From assembly GCF_000015145.1 (NCBI RefSeq), contig NC_008818.1, positions 900,001 to 932,000 on the forward strand: 32,000 bases of DNA, given 5' to 3'. Shown here piece by piece: positions 8,259 to 16,805 of this stretch. The notes beneath the pieces are model-generated. The model was given only the letters and a program-made list of their open reading frames with translations, did no database searches and had not been told where the DNA came from. How positions within the stretch are numbered: the stretch's first letter is position 1; each line of letters starts with the position of its first letter. Origin of the DNA: Hyperthermus butylicus DSM 5456 (lineage in GTDB: Archaea; Thermoproteota; Thermoprotei_A; Sulfolobales; Pyrodictiaceae). Position numbers and translations under genes: made by a program.

Positions 8259-9485
8259 ATGCTAATCCTACAGTTTATCGTTGATGCTATGAGGCTTGCA
8301 CTGCGCTCGCTAAGCGAGAAGAGACTGCGTGCAGTTCTAACAATAGTGGGTATATCGATTGGGCCTCTTGCACTAGTGGCGATGACGAGTGTTGTTAAGG
8401 GATATTCAAGCTACGTTCTTGCACAGCTCCAGAGCCTAGGCCAGAACCTCATAATCGTTACTCCAAGCCAGGGCTACAAACTAACCGAGGATGACCTACG
8501 ATTCATAGAGAGCCTGCCAGGAGTTAAGCATGCATCTCCATTTTACCTCTTAACCGGATTTGTACGTGTTGGCAGTGAGGAGAAGAAGGTAACAATCTAT
8601 GCTACCTCGATAGATCTCATGTTCGAAGCTGTTAATGGTCTCGAAATAATCGAAGGATCTAAGCCCTCTGAGAGTGATCTAATAAGGGCTGTTATCGGTT
8701 ACAATGTGGCTTTCGATGAGAACGATAGGCAGGTCTACCATGCGGGAGACCCGATTACTATATCATACTATAGGGCTGAGCGTGCGAGGAAGATAGAACG
8801 TAGGCAGGTCACGGTTATAGTGTCTGGCATCGTAAACCGTTTTGGTGGTGCGCTATTCCTAAGTCCTGACGACAGCATATTGCTGAATACTGAGGCTGGC
8901 CGCAAGCTATTCGGGTTCTCGGAGTGGAGTGGCATTCTCGTGCTCGCCGAAAATAGTAGGTACGTGCCACAGATAACTGAGGCTATTAGAGCAGCTTATC
9001 GTGGCTCTGTAGAAGTAATGTCTTTCCAAGGGATTGCGAACGTTATTAACTCGATTGCGAGTGCTATGGAGTTTATAGCATTTGCTACGAGTCTAGCAGC
9101 TTTCGCAGTCGCGGTAGCTGGTGTTGCTGCTACAATGATAACTTCCGTCATAGAGCGTGTTAGAGAGATAGGTGTGATGAAGGCGCTTGGTTTTACGGAT
9201 ACGCAAGTACTTACAATAATACTTCTCGAAGGAGTAATAATGAGTCTCATCGGTGCAGCTATAGGTATAGGTCTCGGCATAGCTGGCGCCTACGTACTCT
9301 CCTCAACAGGATTCACTGTGCGTGGAGTAACTATGCAGTTTACAATAAAGGCCGAGCCAGCCATAACAGTTGATCTTATAGTATCGACGTTGCTAATAAC
9401 CGTGTCTGTAGGGCTTATAGGCGGATTATTTCCGGCTTATCGAGCAGCAAGAATACCGCCAGCTGTGGCACTTCGCTACGAGTAA
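8259..9485 (+). CDS. ABC transporter permease, FtsX/MacB-type (COG0577), 4 TM with a large extracytoplasmic domain
   Basis: TM1 (AVLTIVGISIGPLALVAMTSVV), then about 220 aa of non-hydrophobic sequence, then three C-terminal TMs, with a C-terminal FPAYRAARIPPAVALRYE typical of the FtsX domain. GGAGG lies 8 nt upstream of the ATG. Confidence 0.85.
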   Translation: MLILQFIVDAMRLALRSLSEKRLRAVLTIVGISIGPLALVAMTSVVKGYSSYVLAQLQSLGQNLIIVTPSQGYKLTEDDLRFIESLPGVKHASPFYLLTGFVRVGSEEKKVTIYATSIDLMFEAVNGLEIIEGSKPSESDLIRAVIGYNVAFDENDRQVYHAGDPITISYYRAERARKIERRQVTVIVSGIVNRFGGALFLSPDDSILLNTEAGRKLFGFSEWSGILVLAENSRYVPQITEAIRAAYRGSVEVMSFQGIANVINSIASAMEFIAFATSLAAFAVAVAGVAATMITSVIERVREIGVMKALGFTDTQVLTIILLEGVIMSLIGAAIGIGLGIAGAYVLSSTGFTVRGVTMQFTIKAEPAITVDLIVSTLLITVSVGLIGGLFPAYRAARIPPAVALRYE

Positions 9486-9506
9486 AATGATTGTGTTGTT
9501 TGTGTT

Positions 9507-11597
9507 TTAGCGTACCACGGCGTAGCAGCCAATTGTCTTCTCGTAGATAATGCCGTCCCTCCTGAAGCTACTAATAGCCTCCTCTACAAGGCTAGACTCG
9601 ATGCCTTCAGCAGCTGCTCTACGCTGTATCTCTCGCAGTCTTGCACAACCCTCGTCACTCTCTGACTCTAGCTGCTCTATGATCTCCAGTATCCTGGTCA
9701 GCTTCTCCTGCTTACTCCTAGGCTTGCCAGTCATAATCACATCTATGTCTATGCGGCCACTCTCCACGTCGAGTCCAGCACTCTCGAGGAAGGCTTTCAT
9801 GAGTCTAATAGCAGCTTCTGCATCTTCAACAGTTACTTCGTTTCTTAGTGCTATCCGTGCATGGGCTTCCGCCAGGCGTATTAGTGCTTCAAGCTGCCTC
9901 GTGGTGATCGATATTGGACCCTCCGGGTTTTCACTGCTCATCCTCCTCATTTCAACGAAGAAGTCCTCGATGAGTTTGGCTGCTTCCGGTGTGAGCCTGG
10001 GCCTAACATAACGTCTTGCATAACTAATGTACTTTCTTAGTAGCTCAGGTTCTATTTCAGGTTTGATAAGCTCCGTCTCACGGTGCGCCTGGAGGACGTG
10101 TCTCGCAAGCTTCCTATCCTCCTCGGGGTTTGGTGTGTCGCGAAGTATGAATATGAGGTCGAACCTTGATAGTATGGTTGGCGGCAGGTTTATGTTGTCG
10201 GCCAGCGTTCTATTGGGTAGGTATCGGCCAAACTTCGGGTTACCAGCTGCTATAACTGTGGTTCTCGCGTTTAGCTTTGCTACTATGCCGGCCTTAGCTA
10301 TACTAACCGTCTGCTGCTCCATCGCTTCGTGTATTGCCGAGCGATCCTCATCTCTCATCTTGTCTATCTCGTCTATTGCAGCTACACCGCCGTCAGCTAG
10401 TACTAGCGCCCCAGCCTCGAGATAGTACTCTCCCGTAGTCTTGTCACGTATAACGGCAGCTGTCAAGCCTGCGGCAGTAGCGCCCTTGCCGCTGGTGTAA
10501 ATGCCGCGTGGAGCTATCTTAGAGGCGTAGAGGAGGAGCTGGCTCTTGGCTGTACCTGGGTCGCCCACAATGAGTACATGGATGTCACCGCGTATTCGTA
10601 CACCATCGCGGAACAGCTTGGGTACCCCGCCGAACAACGCGAGAGCTATAGCCTCCTTGATGTCCCAGTGCCCGTAGATTGCTGGTGCTATGCTTGCAAC
10701 TATCCTCTTATGTATCCATGGATCCCTTGCCAGTGCCTTTATACGTTCCTCGTCCTCCCTAGTTATCTTGACCTCCTCTAGAACCTTCTGTGAAACCTCT
10801 ATGTGGTTAGCCTCTATGTAGAGATCATAGATAGCCTTCTTTTTCCTAGTAGATGTGTCAGGCTTAATCCTCACGATACCGACGACAGTAACCCTATCGC
10901 CGGGACGAGCACTATCAACGAGTTCGTCTTGTAGTACGACCTCTATACTGCGTGGCAGCTGGCCGGGGGGTACTTCCTCAGGCCTTTCTTGCAGCACTAT
11001 ACGCTGCCAGTCTATCAACTTTGACTTCTCCGGTATCAGCCTAAATGTGCCGCTTGAGGAGCCACAGACGGGGCATGTTGGTGGTTTTTCTAGTTCCTCG
11101 CCAACTATCTCGCCTTCGGGTGGCCACTCAAACTCGTGGCATGACTCCTTTGTGCAGTGCTGAAAGACAGCCTTTACTATCTTCTCCCTGACCGGTGTTG
11201 TTCTTACGAGAATGCCTTCGAGCATTACTAGCCTTCCTATGTACTCGCTTCGGAGCCCACGTAGTGGTGTTGTCTTTGGGAGAGCGCGTATCCTGACACG
11301 GAACCTCTCTATACCTTCGGCATACTCTGGCGCCTCAGAAGTCACGATGTCTTGGACAGCCTCTGCGGCTTGCCTTAGAACCACGTCTGGATGATCAATT
11401 AGCAGTCTAGCCAGCTTTGTATCGAAGACATAGAGGTCATTGTAGTCTACTACTAGGCTCTTTTGTCCCATAGTTATCATTTGCCTTATCCTATTCATGT
11501 ACTTGTATTGACCACTGCGGTCGCGGTAGGTTCTTATGAACTCGTAGAACCTCTCCTTAACATCTAGTACTGCTTCCTCAACAAGTGCTATTGTCAT
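9507..11597 (-). CDS. mcm: MCM replicative helicase
   Basis: 696 aa. Zn motif CHEF...CPVCG, Walker A GDPGTAKSQLL, Walker B AAIDEIDKM, arginine finger SRFDL and a C-terminal wHTH-like tail. Confidence 0.95.
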   Translation of the reverse strand: MTIALVEEAVLDVKERFYEFIRTYRDRSGQYKYMNRIRQMITMGQKSLVVDYNDLYVFDTKLARLLIDHPDVVLRQAAEAVQDIVTSEAPEYAEGIERFRVRIRALPKTTPLRGLRSEYIGRLVMLEGILVRTTPVREKIVKAVFQHCTKESCHEFEWPPEGEIVGEELEKPPTCPVCGSSSGTFRLIPEKSKLIDWQRIVLQERPEEVPPGQLPRSIEVVLQDELVDSARPGDRVTVVGIVRIKPDTSTRKKKAIYDLYIEANHIEVSQKVLEEVKITREDEERIKALARDPWIHKRIVASIAPAIYGHWDIKEAIALALFGGVPKLFRDGVRIRGDIHVLIVGDPGTAKSQLLLYASKIAPRGIYTSGKGATAAGLTAAVIRDKTTGEYYLEAGALVLADGGVAAIDEIDKMRDEDRSAIHEAMEQQTVSIAKAGIVAKLNARTTVIAAGNPKFGRYLPNRTLADNINLPPTILSRFDLIFILRDTPNPEEDRKLARHVLQAHRETELIKPEIEPELLRKYISYARRYVRPRLTPEAAKLIEDFFVEMRRMSSENPEGPISITTRQLEALIRLAEAHARIALRNEVTVEDAEAAIRLMKAFLESAGLDVESGRIDIDVIMTGKPRSKQEKLTRILEIIEQLESESDEGCARLREIQRRAAAEGIESSLVEEAISSFRRDGIIYEKTIGCYAVVR

Positions 11598-11616
11598 GAC
11601 TCGTCTTACCCTACCT

Positions 11617-11626
11617 CTATAATTTT
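11617..11626 (-). promoter_or_regulatory. TATA-like box (AAAATTATAG on the minus strand) for mcm
   Basis: Only 19 nt separate the box from the ATG at 11597. The expected TSS about 26 nt from the box centre falls on the start codon, so the transcript would be leaderless. Confidence 0.45.
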
Positions 11627-11692
11627 CCTAGCTGAGCCCGGCTAGTGTATTAGACGCTGTAATACCCCTTATAGGTGAAATTCCCCAAGTGG

Positions 11693-12259
11693 CTAGCCTG
11701 GCCTAGGGAGAACTAGTTCTCTCCATCTCTCGAGAGCTTTCTGCAGCAATTGTAGGATTGTCTGCTCCTCTGGAGATAATTTCGAGTATAGCTCGGCAAT
11801 ATTTGTTGGGCTTCGGAGGCTCTGTAGTATTATCAGTAGCCGCTTATCCGCTATCTCTAACAGGTATTGTTGCGCCTTCTGCTTCTCTTCGAGAAGTGCA
11901 GGATTAAGCTCCCTCCTAACCCTCTCATCTAGCAACTTGATGTATTCCTTTGCTTCCTGGTAAAAGTACTGGGGCAGCTGCTCAAGGTCTGCGGGAGTCC
12001 TTGTTGAGAGTGTTGTAAAGTGTATCCGTGCTATATCCTCAAGCGACATGGGAGTCTCGGAGAGCTTTCCCAGTTCTTCCTCCTCGATCGCCCTGCTAAG
12101 CCAGTAGGGAAGCTCAACCTCTATGCCTTTCTGGAGTTCCACATGTACACCGTCAATTGTTACTGTGCCGTGGTCGCGTGTTATTGCAACCCTTACTGGG
12201 CGAAGGAGGTATTCTAGCTCTGCTATTCGCAGCCTAACATCTAGCTCGTGAAGCTCCAA
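11693..12259 (-). CDS. GINS complex subunit, Gins23-type (beta-domain first)
   Basis: KGIEVELPYWLSRAIEEEELGKL followed by LEQLPQYFYQEAKEYI matches the archaeal GINS pattern. The gene sits directly upstream of mcm, as gins23-mcm does in Sulfolobus. The start is TTG, so the start is uncertain. Confidence 0.6.
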   Translation of the reverse strand: MELHELDVRLRIAELEYLLRPVRVAITRDHGTVTIDGVHVELQKGIEVELPYWLSRAIEEEELGKLSETPMSLEDIARIHFTTLSTRTPADLEQLPQYFYQEAKEYIKLLDERVRRELNPALLEEKQKAQQYLLEIADKRLLIILQSLRSPTNIAELYSKLSPEEQTILQLLQKALERWRELVLPRPG

Positions 12260-12290
12260 GGCTCCTTTAACCCTCTCTAGCCCCTAGTCC

Positions 12291-12298
12291 TAATATAG
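12291..12298. promoter_or_regulatory. Single AT-rich TATA-like element (TAATATAG / CTATATTA) between the divergent GINS and RFC-small genes
   Basis: It is the only TATA-like sequence in the 75-nt divergent intergenic region. It lies 31 nt (box edge to start codon) from the GINS start and 36 nt from the RFC start. Confidence 0.35.
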
Positions 12299-12334
12299 TA
12301 GTTTGGTGTGGCTAGCTTCTAAGTATGGGGGTAG

Positions 12335-13326
12335 TTGGGGTTGGCTTCAAATATAGCTGAGCTACTATGGGCGGAAAAGTATAGGCCTAGGTCGCTTGAC
12401 GAGATAGTTAATCAGGAGGAGATTGTTCGGAGGCTTAAGAAGTTCGTTGAAGAGAGGAATATGCCTCACCTCCTATTCGTCGGGCCGCCTGGTACGGGGA
12501 AGACAACTGCAGCACATGCACTAGCTCACGACCTGTATGGAGAGAACTATATGCAATATATGCTTGAGCTTAACGCAAGTGATGAGAGGGGTATTGATAC
12601 CATTAGGACCAAGGTTAAGGAGTTTGCAAGGAGTAAAACGCCGGCTAATGTTCCGTTTAAGATAGTATTGCTGGATGAAGCTGATAATATGACTTCTGAT
12701 GCGCAGCAGGCATTGCGTAGGCTTATGGAGATGACACGGCGTTTACGAGGTTTATACTGATAGCGAACTTCCCAAGCAAGATCATAGAGCCTATACAGTC
12801 TAGGTGTGCAGTATTTAGGTTTACACCGCTAAAGAAGGAGGATGTTATTGCCAGGCTTAAGTGGATATGTGAGCAGGAGAAGTGTAAGTATACCGAGGAG
12901 GGTCTAGAGACGATATATGAGATTAGCGAGGGTGACATGAGGAGGGCCATAAACATACTACAGGCAGCAGCCGCTCTTGGCACAGTTACGCCCGACATAG
13001 TCTACAAGGTTGTCGGTTTAGCTCACCCGAGGGAGGTTAGGGAGGTTATAAGGCTGGCATTGGAAGGCGAGTTTATGCGTGCTCGTGAGAAGCTTAGAGA
13101 ACTAATGATAAACTATGGGCTTAGCGGTGTTGATGTGATAAAGCAGATTCACCGCGAGATATTTGGTCAGGAGCTCAAGCTGCCCGAGGAGATCAGGGTA
13201 ATGATAGCTGATTATGCTGGTGAGATACAGTACCGGCTCGTAGAGGGTGCTGACGACGAGATCCAGTTGACAGCGTTCCTTGCATGGCTAACGCTGCTAG
13301 GGCAGAAACTGAAGGGCGGCAGTTAG
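12335..13326 (+). pseudogene. rfcS: Replication factor C small subunit, reading frame broken by an apparent 1-nt deletion near 12737-12745. This could be a sequencing error, a genuine frameshift or recoding.
   Basis: The frame-2 ORF (12335-12760) encodes [23 protein letters not shown] and [22 protein letters not shown], then stops. Frame 1, open from 12721, continues with [29 protein letters not shown]...SEGDMRRAIN to 13326. Confidence 0.9.
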
Positions 13327-13355
13327 CATTTCTACGGCCTGGGGAGTGAAGGTTT

Positions 13356-14810
13356 ATGAGCGATAAGCTTCCATGGATTATAAAGTATAGGCCGAAGAGG
13401 GTTGAGGATGTTGTAGACCAGGAGGAGGCTAAGAAGCTGTTTTTACCGTGGCTTAGGAGCTGGCTACAGGGACGTATCCCGGAGAGGAAGGCAGCCCTCT
13501 TCTACGGCCCAGCAGGTGTCGGTAAGACTAGTCTTGTTGAAGCTGCTGCTAACGAATATGGGCTAGAGCTTATCGAGATGAATGCATCTGATTTTAGGCG
13601 TAAGAGCGATATTGAGCGTATAGCTAAGATTGCTGCTACACAGTTTAGCCTCTTTGGCAGAAAGCGTAAGATAATCCTTCTAGACGAGGTTGATGGTATT
13701 TCGGGTACAGCTGACAGGGGTGGATTGGATGCCATATTGGAGCTGATAAACATTACTAAGCATCCAATAGTTATGACTGCTAATGATCCATGGGATCAGA
13801 AGCTTAAGCCTCTACGTGATGCATCGCTTATGGTGCCCTTCTATAGGCTTTCAGAGCGCTATGTAGTGCAAGTTCTCAAGCGAATATGTGCTGCAGAGAA
13901 TATTGAGTGTGAAGATGAGGCTCTTAAGCTTATTGCACAGCGTGCTGAGGGGGATCTAAGATCGGCGATAAATGATCTACAAGCTATCGCTGAGGGCTAT
14001 GGTGTAGTCCGAGTTGACCTTGTCAGGGCGCTTCTCGCTACCAGGGATAGGCAGTACTCGCCGTGGGAGATGCTGCGAAACCTCTTCATGTCAAAATATA
14101 TATGGCAGGCTAAACGTGCAGTAACACATACAGACCTAGACTATGATACACTGCTCCAGTGGATTAATGAGAACATAGCTGTCCAGTATACACATCCAGA
14201 GGATATTTGGCGTGCACACGAGGCGCTTGCTAGGGCCGACATTTTCCTCGGACGTATTAAGAGGAGCCTATCCTGGGACCTGCTTCCATATGTCTTTGAT
14301 CTTGTTGGGCCTGGCGTAGCACTAGCTAGGAAGAAGAGTAAGTTTAAGTGGGCAAAGTACCAATTCCCTCAGAAAATACTAATGCTTGCTAAGACGAAGG
14401 AGGTTAGAGAGATTCGTGAAGCTGTGGCAGAGGTATTTGCCAAGAGGCTGCATACATCTAAGGCTACTGTAAAGCGTGAAGTCCTACCCTTCCTGTTCAT
14501 AATCTTCCGTGAAAGGCCAGACTATGCTGCAAGAATAGCTATAGGCTACAATCTTACGGATAACATGATAAAGTACCTAGCTGGCCCCCTTGCTTCAAAG
14601 GTTAAGGAGCATATGAATGCCCTACTTATGAGGTTGGAAAAGCCTGCGACAGTATCCACAGCTACAACTGCGACTACAGCACGAACCACAGCTGCAGAAA
14701 CTTCAGTGGCAGCTTCGAGAGCGGCTAAGAGAACTAGTACATCTCGCCGTAGAACTAGTAAGTCTAGAAGGAGAGGTAAGGGTAGCGGTACTCAAACAAC
14801 ACTATTCTAG
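13356..14810 (+). CDS. rfcL: Replication factor C large subunit
   Basis: [15 protein letters not shown], Walker [10 protein letters not shown], Walker B ILLDEVDG and [13 protein letters not shown]. It has a basic S/T/R-rich tail that ends in QTTLF. Confidence 0.9.
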
Positions 14811-14817
14811 ACTCCTT

Positions 14818-15270
14818 TTATGAGCCGTGTTTGACTTTGCTTGTAACCTTTACCTCTTCTATAACAGTGTGCGGGTATAGCCCACGCTCATCTTTCTCGT
14901 ACTTCTTAACCATATCCCATACATTGAGTAAGGCCACAGTAACAGCTGTCAAGGCCTCCATTTCGACGCCAGTGCGTGCTACAGCTTTTACGTAGGCACG
15001 ACAGCCTACATGCTCGTTATCCTCAACCCTGCATTCGACGTCAACCTTAGTTATCTCTATGGGGTGACACATGGGCAGCAGTAATGGCGTAAGCTTCGCA
15101 GCTTGTATACCTGCTATCGACGCCACGGTTAAGGGGTCGCCCTTCTCAATTTTACCCTCAAGTATACGACTTATTGTTTCTGGGCGTAGCTTTATTCTGC
15201 CGTAAGCTTCTGCTTCGCGTACAATAACATTCTTAGCAGTTATATCAACCATGGAGGGTTTTCTGCTCAT
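14818..15270 (-). CDS. moaC: Cyclic pyranopterin monophosphate synthase accessory protein MoaC
   Basis: MVDITAKNVIVREA...LPMCHPI...VEMEALTAVTVALLNVWDM is the characteristic MoaC sequence. The ORF is 150 aa. Confidence 0.85.
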   Translation of the reverse strand: MSRKPSMVDITAKNVIVREAEAYGRIKLRPETISRILEGKIEKGDPLTVASIAGIQAAKLTPLLLPMCHPIEITKVDVECRVEDNEHVGCRAYVKAVARTGVEMEALTAVTVALLNVWDMVKKYEKDERGLYPHTVIEEVKVTSKVKHGS

Positions 15271-15551
15271 AGAGACTCACCTAGGAGTCTCAGTGTTTCA
15301 ACCAGTACTAGTGTCCTTGGGTTGTTGAGCTTTAAGCTGTAAAGCCTAGCTCTTCCGACACGTGTCTCCTCCACTATGCCAGCAGCTTTTAGCTCCTCTA
15401 GGTGTTTTATGAGTAGGTTATAGTGTAATCTTGTTTCGCGGAGGAGCCTAGTAATGTTTACCTGGCCGTTACGCAGGAGTACAAGGAGTATCCTGAGTTT
15501 CCCCCTACTCGATATTATTTCGAGAAAATATGGCTGCTCATTTTCATGCAA
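15267..15551 (-). CDS. ArsR-family winged-HTH transcriptional regulator
   Basis: 94 aa. ILLVLLRNGQVNITRLLRETRLHYNLLIKHLEELKAAGIVEE followed by RLYSL matches the HTH plus wing pattern. It overlaps moaC by 4 nt and starts 3 nt after the orc1/cdc6 stop. Confidence 0.7.
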   Translation of the reverse strand: MHENEQPYFLEIISSRGKLRILLVLLRNGQVNITRLLRETRLHYNLLIKHLEELKAAGIVEETRVGRARLYSLKLNNPRTLVLVETLRLLGESL

Positions 15552-15554
15552 GGC

Positions 15555-16790
15555 TTAGCGTTCCTCCCGCTTATACTCTATGATCTCTCTAATACGTTTC
15601 TCAAGGAGGTCCAATGGGCCAACACTAATACCTATAAGCGTACTCTTACCCCGATACCCCTTGCCGGAGAGACGCGTCTCTATTATGCTCCTCCTCTTTA
15701 GGTCCATGACGTACTCGTATACTTGCGTGTGTCTCCTTGGTGTCTCTCCGTACTCCTCGCATATGTGGTGGTATTCAGCTTCAACCTCGCCTATTCTAAC
15801 GTAGGGTTCTCCGCTTCGCTGTAGGGTTCTAACTATAGCCAGTAGTATTAAGAGCTCGTGGAGCGGTAGGTGTGGGAGTGCGTCATTAACCATTACTGAT
15901 ATATCGGGGTTTGTTTGTGTAAACGCTCTCCTAACATGCTCTATTGTTACCCTTGGTGCGCCTTCTTTATCAGCCTCCTGGCCTGCCAGGAGCAGTATTT
16001 CCAGAGCTAGCCTAGCATTGCCGCTACCGCCAGTATCTGCACCAACAAGCTCTGCTATGTATGATAGGACGTCGTCGCCAACTGTTCCCTCATAGAACGC
16101 CTCACTACTTCTATACTTCAGTATGTCGTAGAGCTCGCGGCTAGCATATGGCTTGAAGTTTATGATGTTTCGAACTAGGTAGCTCTCTGTGGCCGAGTCG
16201 AGCCTACTTAGGCTTGTGAGGCTCCTAGAGATGAATATGAAGCTTATCCTCTTAGTGTATTCTGAGTGTTCGTCGTATGTTCTTACGAGGAAGTATACTG
16301 CATCATTGCCTGCAACCTCTATGAAGTAGTCGAACTCGTCAAGGGTTAGTATGACGTACATATCCCGGTTCTCCAAGTATTTCAGTATTATGTGGAACAT
16401 CTCTTGTGCGGAGAGGCCGCGTGGGGGTATGGGTATCCGTAGCTGGCGTGCTATCTCTTGGACTACAAGGTACAGTGTGCGGTCACGATGGCAGTTCACA
16501 TGGACATATTCAAGGTTTATGCCGCGTTGGCGTGCTAACTGCTTAAAGTCGCTGCCAAACCTCTTGGCGGTTACCGTCTTGCCGGTGCCGATGCTGCCAA
16601 CGAGTAGTACACGCTGTGATATACTTCCGGGCTCAACTAGTAGTGGCCTAAAGTATGTTGCAAGATTCTTGAGCTGCTCCTCTCTGTGCGGCAGGTAGGC
16701 TGGCACATACTCTGGATAGAGCTTGTCGCGGCTTCGAAACACTGAGGGTTTTTCAAGTATACTTTCGATTATGTCGCGTGCGGTAGGCAT
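15555..16790 (-). CDS. cdc6: Orc1/Cdc6 replication initiator
   Basis: L(Y)PEYVP...REEQL N-terminus, Walker A GSIGTGKTV, Walker B LTLDEFD, sensor region, and a C-terminal winged helix (YEYVMDLKRRSIIE). Confidence 0.92.
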   Translation of the reverse strand: MPTARDIIESILEKPSVFRSRDKLYPEYVPAYLPHREEQLKNLATYFRPLLVEPGSISQRVLLVGSIGTGKTVTAKRFGSDFKQLARQRGINLEYVHVNCHRDRTLYLVVQEIARQLRIPIPPRGLSAQEMFHIILKYLENRDMYVILTLDEFDYFIEVAGNDAVYFLVRTYDEHSEYTKRISFIFISRSLTSLSRLDSATESYLVRNIINFKPYASRELYDILKYRSSEAFYEGTVGDDVLSYIAELVGADTGGSGNARLALEILLLAGQEADKEGAPRVTIEHVRRAFTQTNPDISVMVNDALPHLPLHELLILLAIVRTLQRSGEPYVRIGEVEAEYHHICEEYGETPRRHTQVYEYVMDLKRRSIIETRLSGKGYRGKSTLIGISVGPLDLLEKRIREIIEYKREER

Positions 16791-16805
16791 AGTTTCGGCC
16801 TACCA

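Noticed and set aside
9550-11394. Series of plus-strand ORFs (153, 132, 67, 102 and 60 aa) inside mcm
   Set aside because: They are low-complexity, Ser/Leu-rich antisense frames of a well-supported 696-aa helicase gene.
11631-11640. CTGAGCCC upstream of mcm as the 3' end of another C/D sRNA
   Set aside because: No C box or 5' stem partner lies upstream. That sequence is mcm coding or its start region.
12734-12937. Intein or genuinely split RFC-S gene
   Set aside because: There is no extra sequence between the conserved blocks. The two frames join seamlessly once 1 nt is restored, so this is a frame break and not an insertion.
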